Assembly: GCA_039818205.1 (NCBI GenBank)
Contig: JBCBUK010000030.1
Span: forward strand, 1 to 19,554
DNA: 19,554 bases
Direction: 5' to 3'
Source: Verrucomicrobiota bacterium
GTDB lineage: Bacteria; Verrucomicrobiota; Verrucomicrobiia; Opitutales; Cerasicoccaceae
Shown here: one piece after another, positions 7,453 through 15,702 of the stretch
Layout of the letters: each line of letters opens with the position of its first letter
Position numbering within the stretch: position 1 is the stretch's first letter
Position numbers and translations under genes: made by a program
Notes under the pieces: model-generated
The model's database searches: none
What the model was told of the DNA's origin: nothing
The model's input: only the letters and a program-made list of their open reading frames with translations

Positions 7453-8327
7453 AATGGGTCTCCAGTTAGAAAGTTCCAGATTTCGAGTTCGTTGCGAAAG
7501 TCGCTGGCGAGCGCTATACTCTGTGTTTGGGTAAACCCCTTGAGCGTGCCTTCCTCGAACATGGCACTCACCTGCTCGCCAATGAGTTTACCCATGCCGC
7601 CAAGTTGCTTGATTCCGGCCTCGAGCAGTTCAGACCAGGTGACCACCGTTGAACCACTACTGGTCATTTGGCGGATCACATAGACCAATGCGGCACGAAT
7701 GCGGCGCGGGTCATCATCGGCTATGCCATAGTAAAGGCGGATATCGGTATCCACGTGGCAGAAGCCATAGTTCGGCAACTCAGCAAGGCGGTAGGGATCA
7801 GCTCGCACAACACCAAGCGTTTCGGTTTCCCACTTCTGGAATGCCGCGGTTGCCATGTTCATGCTCGCGCCGGCCTTGAGAAGTTCGGCAATCACCTGCC
7901 CCTTGCCGCGGTCCTGTTCGACCAGTTCCATCGCTTTGCAAAAGCTCTCATACTTTGTGCCTTTGAGGCGCGGTATATCAGTGTCAGTGAGCTCTGACCA
8001 ACGCTCGCCTAGCTTCTCCCATATTTGGGTTTCCATGGCTGGGCCGATGCCGTTAGCCATCTCGCAAACGTAGTGAAGCAAGCCTCGTGAATCCGTTGGC
8101 ACATTCAGGGCTGCGGACGTAAACTTAAACTCGCGCCGGCCTTGGTATTGACCAAATCGACCGCGGAGAACTAGGCGCTCTTTGGCTCGAGGGCGCCAGT
8201 TCATGCTTCCCTTACAAGTGCCGTGGTCAGTATCAAGAATGAACCAGGTGGCATTCTCAACGGTGTCCGCTGGATAGCAGACGCGGTTCACGGTAACCGC
8301 TAAATCTTGAATCGGTTCAAGACTCAT
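7449..8327 (-). CDS. RecD2 N-terminal (OB/HhH) region as a standalone gene; start at 8327
   Basis: NGIGPAM HhH motif, DPYRLAELPNYGFCHVD and GIADDDPRRIRAALVYV...SGSTVVTWSEL match the RecD2/YrrC N-terminal pattern. RBS AAGGGGGA precedes ATG 8327. No P-loop. Confidence 0.82.
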   Translation of the reverse strand: MSLEPIQDLAVTVNRVCYPADTVENATWFILDTDHGTCKGSMNWRPRAKERLVLRGRFGQYQGRREFKFTSAALNVPTDSRGLLHYVCEMANGIGPAMETQIWEKLGERWSELTDTDIPRLKGTKYESFCKAMELVEQDRGKGQVIAELLKAGASMNMATAAFQKWETETLGVVRADPYRLAELPNYGFCHVDTDIRLYYGIADDDPRRIRAALVYVIRQMTSSGSTVVTWSELLEAGIKQLGGMGKLIGEQVSAMFEEGTLKGFTQTQSIALASDFRNELEIWNFLTGDPF

Positions 8328-9117
8328 TCTCGTCCCCCTTCCTGGCCGCGTCGATCGCTTTGCGTGCGTCGGCGGCGTGCTTTCCGCGAACCGCATTTCC
8401 GTTACCCCAGCATAGATACATCTTAGCTGGGTTAGCCGTCATAAAGTCCAGCCGCTCCTTGTCCGCCCTGAGCCTCTCGACCCGCTCGTCAGTCCGCAGT
8501 TTGCTCCGGGTTAGTCGGTCTACGGCTTCCTGGAGTTGCTCCTTGTCTTTGCGCAGCTCAAGTGCTCGCTCGATCGCTACGGTTAGTTCTTCAGGCTCGT
8601 TGCCAGTGAGGCGGGAAAGATCGCCGTCTAGAACCTGCTCTATTAGGCGCATACGGTTTGCCCATACGCGCCGCAGCTCATCGAGTTCTTCCAGTTCTTT
8701 ACGGTCAACGGTCCACTTTTTCTCATCGACCCGCATTAATGCTTCGATCGCAATACCATCGGCACGCTCATGATGTTGCCCAAGGCTCACTATTTCGCCA
8801 AGTGCGTCGATAAGCTCGGCGTTCTCTTTCTCTAGCTGCGAGACCTTCTCCCGCAGCTTCTTCACTATCTCATGCGCTTTGGCCTGGAACTGCCGCTCAG
8901 CACTTAAATCCGCTAGATTGCACCCGAAAACCGGCGATGACTCCTTTAGTTCAACGCCAACCGCTTTTAAATCTTCTATCAGTTCGTCATCGCTGGCGTT
9001 CTGCAAATACGCTTCCAGCTCGTCAAGCATCGGATCTACCTTCGTGTTCTTGCCACAACGCGGGCACGGCAAGGCGTCATCTGGGCAATTGCATTCTGTT
9101 CTCGGTGTGTTGCTCAT
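8317..9117 (-). CDS. Coiled-coil phage protein with N-terminal Cys cluster (266 aa; start at 9117 rather than 9321)
   Basis: MSNTPRTECNCPDDALPCPRCGK start is ATGA-coupled to the ERCC4 gene stop; long E/L/K/R-rich heptad region. Confidence 0.7.
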   Translation of the reverse strand: MSNTPRTECNCPDDALPCPRCGKNTKVDPMLDELEAYLQNASDDELIEDLKAVGVELKESSPVFGCNLADLSAERQFQAKAHEIVKKLREKVSQLEKENAELIDALGEIVSLGQHHERADGIAIEALMRVDEKKWTVDRKELEELDELRRVWANRMRLIEQVLDGDLSRLTGNEPEELTVAIERALELRKDKEQLQEAVDRLTRSKLRTDERVERLRADKERLDFMTANPAKMYLCWGNGNAVRGKHAADARKAIDAARKGDENES

Positions 9118-9581
9118 GGGTTCGTTGAAAGTTCTAGCCAGCGTTCGCGCAAAACGGATGTTGCTAATCCAGTAGCGAGCTCGGCGTTGTGGGCAAAAAG
9201 CACGGACACGCCGCGCATGGAAAGTTGAGCAATCCGCTTCATTACGAACTGCGGAGTCAATTGGTTGTGGCTGTGATCGGGTCCGATCATCGCGCCGCCC
9301 TGGGCTTCGCGGAAACAGCAATCACAGAAATCGCCTTCGACGATGATCACCTTGGCTGACCATTCGGCCATGCGGTTGATCTCTTTACAAAATACAGGCC
9401 ACCGTGTGGCAATGGTCCCGAGAAAATCATCCAATGACTTGCGCTCAATGGCGAACGAATCATCGCCATCAAGAGCATAGTCACCGGTTTTAAGGGTGCC
9501 GACACGGGCGCGAACGGCCCCCGGATCAAATGACCAGGGACGCTGTTCACGCGTGTCGATTATGACGTGCATCGGCTCCAT
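9114..9581 (-). CDS. ERCC4-domain (XPF/Mus81-like) nuclease
   Basis: IIDTREQ, LKTGDY, IERKSLDD (ERKxxxD) and IIVEG. Confidence 0.88.
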   Translation of the reverse strand: MEPMHVIIDTREQRPWSFDPGAVRARVGTLKTGDYALDGDDSFAIERKSLDDFLGTIATRWPVFCKEINRMAEWSAKVIIVEGDFCDCCFREAQGGAMIGPDHSHNQLTPQFVMKRIAQLSMRGVSVLFAHNAELATGLATSVLRERWLELSTNP

Positions 9582-9586
9582 TTGAT

Positions 9587-9988
9587 TTATGCAACGAGCT
9601 TGATTGCGTCTGCAATGGCATCCTCGCCATCATCGTACTTATCAAGATTCACTTGATCGATGATCTTCTGAGCCTTGCCATCGAGAGCATTATTTCGCGC
9701 TTCAATGCGCTTCTGTTCCGATTCAAACTCACTATTCGCCTCCCTGTATGACTTGGGAGGAGCAAATACCGATTCCAATGCCAGGCTTGGTCGGTATGTT
9801 CCATCGATCACTGCTTTCTCAGCTGATTCATTGATCTTTGCAGTTGGCAGCAGTTTTGCCTGACCACTGCAAATGGCACGCTTGATATGTTCTTCAAGGC
9901 TGGGCCGCTTGCATGAACATTCGATATGTTTCTTTCGAACCTCGTTATTGATTCGATCAATCGTGTAGTTCTTCTGTTGGCGATTCAT
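9587..9988 (-). CDS. Hypothetical protein (133 aa)
   Basis: AAAGGAA RBS upstream; in operon orientation. Confidence 0.7.
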   Translation of the reverse strand: MNRQQKNYTIDRINNEVRKKHIECSCKRPSLEEHIKRAICSGQAKLLPTAKINESAEKAVIDGTYRPSLALESVFAPPKSYREANSEFESEQKRIEARNNALDGKAQKIIDQVNLDKYDDGEDAIADAIKLVA

Positions 9989-10014
9989 TGTGTTCCTTTC
10001 TCGAGTTTCGGTTC

Positions 10015-10620
10015 TTAGGCGAATGGGTTAGGCACGCCGCCATTTCCAGCTGGCTGTGCTGGTTGCTGTGGCTGTGCTGGCTGTTGAGGTTGAGCCTGCT
10101 GCTGCGGGTATGCCATCTGAGCCGGTGCCTGTTGGGCTGGCTGTGCGGGTGCCATGGTTTGAGCCGGTGCAGATTGAACGGGTGCTGGAGCTGGTGCGGC
10201 ACCGCTCATCATTTGCATTCGACGCATAGCTTCGTTTTGGTCGATAGCGTTCACCGAATCATCGCTGCCGAGGTATTTGACATCGTAGTACATCTTACCA
10301 TTGTACTCGCGACCTTCGACCACCCCTTCGATCTCGATACCGACTAAGGCTTGCAATCGGGCGAGATCAAGGCCTTCACCGTCATAGCCAATCTTGCGCA
10401 GCGTCTCCATTGTGAGCTGGGTTTGCGTCTTGTGAGAGACATTGCCATTTCCGAATCGCTGACTGATCTCTCCAGACCAAAAGCCTTTCTGATTTGGGTC
10501 ATCGACACGATGCACACCAATTGCGATGTCGAATGCGTTAGGGTCATTCTTGTTGAACTTGGCTTCCGCTGGGAAAACCTCGGTGACCTTCAATTTGAAA
10601 CGTCCTTCTTCTTTGAACAT
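10015..10620 (-). CDS. Putative single-stranded DNA-binding protein (DUF669-like)
   Basis: Beta-rich N-terminal domain (REYNGKMYYDVKYL), Q/P/A-rich disordered tail ending VPNPFA, and a position after the annealing and exonuclease genes. Confidence 0.6.
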   Translation of the reverse strand: MFKEEGRFKLKVTEVFPAEAKFNKNDPNAFDIAIGVHRVDDPNQKGFWSGEISQRFGNGNVSHKTQTQLTMETLRKIGYDGEGLDLARLQALVGIEIEGVVEGREYNGKMYYDVKYLGSDDSVNAIDQNEAMRRMQMMSGAAPAPAPVQSAPAQTMAPAQPAQQAPAQMAYPQQQAQPQQPAQPQQPAQPAGNGGVPNPFA

Positions 10621-10650
10621 GATATTTAGTGTTTTAGTTTATTTTGATGA

Positions 10651-11313
10651 TTAGAATAGGATGCCTTGCATCCGTTCGAAAATGGCTAGCGTCAGTTCAC
10701 AATCGCGTTTGCAGTAGTCCTCAATTTCAGTGAGCTTGGCTTCGTCACCCGATTTGAGTGCGGGCAAGAACTCTTTGAAATCAATCTCGAGCTTGCCTTG
10801 GTCCTCGAACATGACCCGAGAAACATCATCCAACTTCTGGAACTGATTGTATCCCGCCCACAGGGCCATGAGATCGATATGAATCTTGCTGCCTCGTTTG
10901 GTGAACTGACTAAGAGCTGGAACATTCCAGGCTTCCGGACAAATCCCAAGAATCGCTGCCCGTTTGAAAATGAATGGCAGATCAAATCCATTCCCGTTCC
11001 AGCTCGTGAACGTCAGGGTATCACTATTGAACAGACCGAAGAAATGTTGGATAACAGTGGACTCGGCTTCATCGCTGTCTTCTTGGATACGTGAGCAAAA
11101 GCTTTTGCCATCATCCTTGGCGATACCTATACAGAACACGCGCCCATAGAGCGGATCCAGGCCCATGCTATCTTGTTGCTTTTGCTTGGCCTCGGCGCGC
11201 TTGGCTTCGATCTTGGCGGGGTCTTTCAGGTTGCCAAGCGCCACAGACGGCGCGGGCAAGCGATCAATCATCCGCTCATTGGGGATCGTCTCAATATCGA
11301 ATGCGATAATCAT
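10651..11313 (-). CDS. DnaQ/PolB-like 3'-5' exonuclease (DEDDy); start at 11313
   Basis: ExoI FDIETIP, ExoII WNGNGFDLPFI, ExoIII YCKRDC; ATGA overlap with the upstream gene. Confidence 0.88.
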   Translation of the reverse strand: MIIAFDIETIPNERMIDRLPAPSVALGNLKDPAKIEAKRAEAKQKQQDSMGLDPLYGRVFCIGIAKDDGKSFCSRIQEDSDEAESTVIQHFFGLFNSDTLTFTSWNGNGFDLPFIFKRAAILGICPEAWNVPALSQFTKRGSKIHIDLMALWAGYNQFQKLDDVSRVMFEDQGKLEIDFKEFLPALKSGDEAKLTEIEDYCKRDCELTLAIFERMQGILF

Positions 11314-12047
11314 GATACTGCGCACAAGGCTTTGTTGATTTTGCGTGCTTCTCGTCTATGAAGCTCTTCGTTGATGACGTTCTTGTATTCTTGGGCGATA
11401 GGCTGCTTCAGAGCCATTTTAAGCACGTTGCTAGGGTGTGTAGACCAAGGCTTGCCCCGCACCTCGTCATTCCCGATGGGACAAACCGAAAAATCGACTT
11501 CAACGGGCGTTGGCTTTGAAGTGGGCTCGGATTGATTGACCTGCAAGTTATCCTCGGCTTCATCCTCGCTATTTACCCCGCTTTTCACCTCGGGCATAAG
11601 CGCGTCAATGGTGTCCGAAAGCACTCGAGCCCAAAGCATCTTTTTCGGGTGATTGGCCCAGTTGTGAAGCAAGGTCTTGCCGTCCTTCTTAAAGCAGATC
11701 TTAGCTCGAACAGCATCCTCCATGGTGAATGCGAAAGTGCCCATACACTCGCCTTTTATAGATACCTCGATCGCAGCGCATGTATCACTGCGTTCGATGA
11801 TCTTGTAATGGCCACCTAGTTCACGAAATCGCGCTGCCATGACATTGGTTTTCATGCTCGGGCCATTCGGCAAGAAGTGATATCGTGAATGTAGTTCGGC
11901 TAGTGAAAGACCTTCACCGTAAGCCATCCAGGCAATTACCGCACCAGCTTCAGCGCTTCTAATATTGTCGCCAAACATCCCTGACGCAGCGATCTGACGA
12001 CCGATCTCGAGCGCGTCTTGTGGTGAACTGATTCTAAGATTATTCAT
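11310..12047 (-). CDS. RecT/Bet-like single-strand annealing protein; probable start 12047
   Basis: IAASGMF, FTMEDAVRAK and NWANHPKKMLWARVLSDTIDALMPEVKSGVNSEDE match the RecT/Bet-like W..xP..ML.AR..S......P....G....E pattern. Confidence 0.72.
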   Translation of the reverse strand: MNNLRISSPQDALEIGRQIAASGMFGDNIRSAEAGAVIAWMAYGEGLSLAELHSRYHFLPNGPSMKTNVMAARFRELGGHYKIIERSDTCAAIEVSIKGECMGTFAFTMEDAVRAKICFKKDGKTLLHNWANHPKKMLWARVLSDTIDALMPEVKSGVNSEDEAEDNLQVNQSEPTSKPTPVEVDFSVCPIGNDEVRGKPWSTHPSNVLKMALKQPIAQEYKNVINEELHRREARKINKALCAVS

Positions 12048-12249
12048 TCCAAATCCCATCTTCGTGTTCCTGTTTTAAGGCGTTGAGATTACGTCGTATG
12101 TAGTCGGCTACGGGACAACGTTTGTCCTGTGATTTCCCGTCATTCCAAAGCCAATGAAAGTAGCGGGCAGGGACATCCTGCATCGGAGTACCCTTGTGCT
12201 TTCCAAAAGGCATCGGGTCAGTGTCCTGTAGCGCACTATTAGGCGTCAT
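12040..12249 (-). CDS. DUF3820-like small protein
   Basis: MPFGKHKGTPMQDVPARYFHWL signature. Confidence 0.8.
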   Translation of the reverse strand: MTPNSALQDTDPMPFGKHKGTPMQDVPARYFHWLWNDGKSQDKRCPVADYIRRNLNALKQEHEDGIWNE

Positions 12250-12703
12250 TGCGTTTCACCTCCCCTAGCCCAACCAAATAGTCGATGACCTCGCCTCGAA
12301 AATCGGCATCCAGCTCAATATTCCGTAACACGGCAGTCCTGATCACCTCAAGACCAACCAATTTACGTAATTCTCCCAGAGTTCCGCTGTCACAGAATTC
12401 CTCAACATGGTCATCGAAAATCAATGAGAATATATCATTTCTGAAATCCCATTCAGTCATCGCATTTCCTATTGCACTTAGAGGAACCGACTCCACAACT
12501 CTCTGCTGTTGGTCAAGATCAAGCTCGTTGACCTCAGCAATGATGTCATCCAAATCGAGTACTTTGTCTTCAACACCTTGCTTCTCAGCAATTATTTCAA
12601 AGGCATCGGCATCCAGATACAACCCCACCTCACGGCAAAGTGATTGGTCACTATTTAGTTCATCGGCGATAGCGACGCCGTTCTTCATGGTTTCGGTAGG
12701 CAT
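12239..12703 (-). CDS. Hypothetical acidic protein (154 aa)
   Basis: Starts 6 nt after the dnaN stop and overlaps the next gene. Confidence 0.7.
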   Translation of the reverse strand: MPTETMKNGVAIADELNSDQSLCREVGLYLDADAFEIIAEKQGVEDKVLDLDDIIAEVNELDLDQQQRVVESVPLSAIGNAMTEWDFRNDIFSLIFDDHVEEFCDSGTLGELRKLVGLEVIRTAVLRNIELDADFRGEVIDYLVGLGEVKRNDA

Positions 12704-12709
12704 GATGGT

Positions 12710-13798
12710 TTACTGTTTGCGAACCGGCATGATGATAAACAGGCCATTCGCGGTTTTGATTTCGAGTGCGTTCAGTTCATCGCGAAACACGATGGTAACG
12801 GCTTCGTCGTTGACCGACCCGAGGGCGGCCAAGAAATACTCAATGTTTAAGTTAATATAGCGGTCTTGGATGTCGCATTTGACTTCGATCTGGTCTTTCG
12901 CCTCACGACCTTCGGCGGCAATGGACAGTTCAAGAACACCGGGATTAAAGCGCATGAGCGCAGCCCGGTCATTGTCACTGGCTGCAACCAGCAAGCGCTG
13001 GAGCCCAAGAATTAGGCGCTTTCGATTGACCTCAACAGGCTCGCCAACAGCGGTTGGAATGACCTGTCTCCAGTTCGGATATCGGGTATCGTGAATCGCT
13101 GAATTCATCTCAGTGCCATTAGGCAAAGCGAATTTTACGCGGCGCTCATCTAACCAGATTGTAATCTCGCTTTCAGAATCACACCGGCAACGAACAAGCT
13201 CGTTAACCACATTGTATGGTAGCGTAACGTTCGCGTCCACCGCCGACGTTTCTCCAAGATTCGTGATCGTCGCACAATGGCCATTAGTGGAAATAACTGT
13301 AATGGAGCCATCGCGAACTTCTAGATTTATGCCGTCAAGCGGTGGACGTTCACCAGGCTTGCGCATTGACCACTTAGCGGATTTCAAAGCGTCAAAGAAC
13401 TGCTGTGCATTCAACAGTAGAGGCTCACCTGCATTGGGAAGAACCGTTGCACCTGGAAATTCACCAGCGTTGAATGTTGGAAGGCCGAATTTTGATTTGC
13501 TGGCTGTAACTGACGCCCTTGATTTACTGACATTGATACAGATATCGGCGTCCGTTAGATTTGCGATCCGCAGCAAGGCCGCATGTGATAAAGCGACACT
13601 GCCAGCCTTCTGAACCTTGGCAGCGACGGTAGCGATCAACTCCATTTCGCTGTTGGTAGTTCGCATCGAAAGATTGCCATCGCTCTTGGCATCAATCAGC
13701 ACGGTCGAAAGAATCGGCAGCGAGGAGTTCGCTTTGACGGATCCACCCACCGCATTCAGTATGTTAATCAGTGCATCTTTGGTTATCGTGATCTTCAT
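12710..13798 (-). CDS. dnaN: DNA polymerase III beta sliding clamp (phage-encoded)
   Basis: 362 aa; LPILSTVLI, GEFP, RPPLDGI, STNGH (cf. ATDGH), RYPNWRQVIP, NIEYFLAAL and C-terminal IIMPVR. Confidence 0.93.
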   Translation of the reverse strand: MKITITKDALINILNAVGGSVKANSSLPILSTVLIDAKSDGNLSMRTTNSEMELIATVAAKVQKAGSVALSHAALLRIANLTDADICINVSKSRASVTASKSKFGLPTFNAGEFPGATVLPNAGEPLLLNAQQFFDALKSAKWSMRKPGERPPLDGINLEVRDGSITVISTNGHCATITNLGETSAVDANVTLPYNVVNELVRCRCDSESEITIWLDERRVKFALPNGTEMNSAIHDTRYPNWRQVIPTAVGEPVEVNRKRLILGLQRLLVAASDNDRAALMRFNPGVLELSIAAEGREAKDQIEVKCDIQDRYINLNIEYFLAALGSVNDEAVTIVFRDELNALEIKTANGLFIIMPVRKQ

Positions 13799-13823
13799 TG
13801 CTCGAGATTGTTAGTTGATCAAC

Positions 13824-14099
13824 TCAGGCGCCCTCGCCCAACCTTCGGTAGAGTTCATCACGAACCGCGTTGGCGGCGTCATCCAGCGCAACCGTGTTCG
13901 GATCGAGTGGATTGCTGTGCCCATGGCCAAGTTCACAGTGGGCCTCGACCAGGAAGAATGTTAGCTTCTCGGTGCTGTCATCGAGGCTGACGTTCAGGTC
14001 ATGGCGGACAGGTACACGTGATGTGTATGTGTAAAGTGGTTGCGCTAGCTTTTTGGTAGGAGCCTTGCGCGTCGTAGTTCGTTTCTTTGCAGCTGCCAT
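13824..14099 (-). CDS. Hypothetical protein (91 aa, basic N-terminus)
   Basis: In operon orientation, tightly packed with neighbours. Confidence 0.65.
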   Translation of the reverse strand: MAAAKKRTTTRKAPTKKLAQPLYTYTSRVPVRHDLNVSLDDSTEKLTFFLVEAHCELGHGHSNPLDPNTVALDDAANAVRDELYRRLGEGA

Positions 14100-14104
14100 G
14101 GCGA

Positions 14105-14299
14105 TTACTTCGCTAGTAGTTCGAGAGCTGCACGTTTGGCCTTACGCCAACCGTTAATCTTCTGATAGCGACGATAGGCAACTCCCTTTCGGTCTGTTAC
14201 CGTTTTGACGTGCAAGATTTCGTCTTGGTACTCTGACGGATTTTGCCGCACCAAATCACTCGCTAGGTGACGGACTTGCTTTGCTTTACGACCATTCAT
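14105..14299 (-). CDS. Hypothetical basic protein (64 aa)
   Basis: MNGRKAKQVR... with an A/C-rich leader; operon context. Confidence 0.65.
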   Translation of the reverse strand: MNGRKAKQVRHLASDLVRQNPSEYQDEILHVKTVTDRKGVAYRRYQKINGWRKAKRAALELLAK

Positions 14300-14376
14300 G
14301 ATTGTTTTGGTTGATTTTTAAAGAATGAGGGACGGCCACCCCTGAGCCGCCGGGATTGCTCCCCTAGCCTCTTGTG

Positions 14377-14688
14377 TCAGTAGGCTGCTTTGAGCCCCTT
14401 GAAATAGTCCTTTATTGATTGTCGTGAAATGATCACTGGAACACCGATGACCTTGCCCGGTACGCGCTTTATAAGCCCACGATTGACCATCTCCATGCAC
14501 TTGCGCTCGGTGATGCATTCGGGTTCGCCAAATGGAACACCTGAAATGATCTCACATGCGATTTTGAGAGGCACACCTTCTGACTCCTCTCGAATCGATT
14601 TATCAACTTCTAGTTGTTCGACTCTATCAAGCAGTCCGCCAAGTTTAGGTGCCAACTTAACAAGTGTTTCCAATGCTCCTTCGCTCAT
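14377..14688 (-). CDS. Excisionase/MerR-like winged-HTH DNA-binding protein
   Basis: N-terminal coiled coil, then VPLKIACEII...ITERKCMEMVNRGLIKR...VIISRQSIKDYF, the Xis/HTH_17 pattern; GAGG RBS. Confidence 0.6.
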   Translation of the reverse strand: MSEGALETLVKLAPKLGGLLDRVEQLEVDKSIREESEGVPLKIACEIISGVPFGEPECITERKCMEMVNRGLIKRVPGKVIGVPVIISRQSIKDYFKGLKAAY

Positions 14689-14780
14689 ATCATTTGCCTC
14701 GATTGTGGGGCTGACGCCGGTTCGTCGACGCCAGCCCGCTGCTGCTACTACTACGATACTACTGGTTAAGTTCCCGGCAG

Positions 14781-15101
14781 TTAGGCCGGAAGTTTTTGGG
14801 CTTCAGCAAGCTTAGCCATTTCAATGGCGATCAAGCTTGCTTCCTGTCGGTTGAACTCGATTTCGATGTCGTTCTCGACACGCTCGAGCATCTGCCGCTC
14901 CTCGGTTGAAATATATCCAACCTCCAGGCGCTTGTTCAATAGATCCAAAAGATCCTCGAGTATGCGACAACCCACGGGTCGCACACTGATGACCTTCGTT
15001 TCCCGTCTGTCGCCATTGACAATCAGTTGCCAATGGATTTCGGCGTCATAAAATGTCGAACCACTTGGGACGAGAATGATGGAATAAATATTGGTTATCA
15101 T
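14781..15101 (-). CDS. Hypothetical protein (106 aa)
   Basis: Operon orientation and spacing. Confidence 0.65.
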   Translation of the reverse strand: MITNIYSIILVPSGSTFYDAEIHWQLIVNGDRRETKVISVRPVGCRILEDLLDLLNKRLEVGYISTEERQMLERVENDIEIEFNRQEASLIAIEMAKLAEAQKLPA

Positions 15102-15122
15102 GGTAGGGATTGGTTGTTACGT

Positions 15123-15383
15123 TTATGCGGCATCAAGAAGGGCGCTCGCAGGAACCAAGGTCGCTTTCAGCGAATCAATGTGAGCTTGCCACTCTCGAAC
15201 GGCTTGGGCTTCGCGGCGTATGGAATAAGCCATGGCCTCATCATCGGCCCCATAAAGACCATTCACTTTTGCCTCATAGCGTCTCGCTACGGTGTCCAAA
15301 TGGTTGGCATAGTCCCCTAGATCGACTAGGCCAATGCGCTCCATAGTGCCGCGAATAGCTAGTTTTTGCTCTAGGGTCAGCAT
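15123..15383 (-). CDS. Hypothetical protein (86 aa)
   Basis: AAGGAGG RBS upstream of ATG 15383. Confidence 0.7.
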   Translation of the reverse strand: MLTLEQKLAIRGTMERIGLVDLGDYANHLDTVARRYEAKVNGLYGADDEAMAYSIRREAQAVREWQAHIDSLKATLVPASALLDAA

Positions 15384-15385
15384 GG

Positions 15386-15604
15386 CTAATTGGCCTCCTT
15401 GATGGTTGCTTGATTGCTTCCGGGCTCGCCATCCACAGATGGCGGTAAAGCTGTTTCGCGGTCTCCAAACAGCGGGCAGTCTTCGATGTATGATTCAATC
15501 TGATCAAGTTCAGCTAACGCTGCGCCGTTGCTTTGGTTGTGGCTACGTGAGGCCTTCAGTACTTGTCGGATTGCCTTACGCGTTGTTTTGCTAGTCTTAG
15601 TCAT
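15386..15604 (-). CDS. First gene of the lytic operon (Cro position), function unknown
   Basis: ATG at 15604 (TTG 15610 is an alternative); basic N-terminal helix but no clear HTH. Confidence 0.6.
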   Translation of the reverse strand: MTKTSKTTRKAIRQVLKASRSHNQSNGAALAELDQIESYIEDCPLFGDRETALPPSVDGEPGSNQATIKEAN

Positions 15605-15702
15605 TTCCAAATATCGATTATTTATCGACTTTGGATTATTTATCTATCAGTCGTCAACAACTAAAATTGACTTTTTATCCATTTTAGATCAAAACACTGA
15701 TC
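15605..15702. promoter_or_regulatory. Divergent lysis/lysogeny switch: back-to-back promoters and candidate operators
   Basis: Quasi-palindromic GATTATTTATC occurs twice (15616-15626, 15634-15644). Leftward -35 TTGACG (15657-15652) and rightward -35 TTGACT (15667-15672); the -10 boxes are weak. Confidence 0.65.

Noticed and set aside
9118..9321. N-terminal extension of the 334-aa ORF overlapping the ERCC4 gene (likewise 8328-8396 and 5194-5235)
   Set aside because: Downstream ATGs with stop-start coupling or a clear RBS (9117, 8327, 5190) are better starts; these are not true dual-coding regions.
10045..10200. Imperfect tandem repeats encoding PQQPAQ
   Set aside because: Ordinary low-complexity linker of an SSB-type tail.
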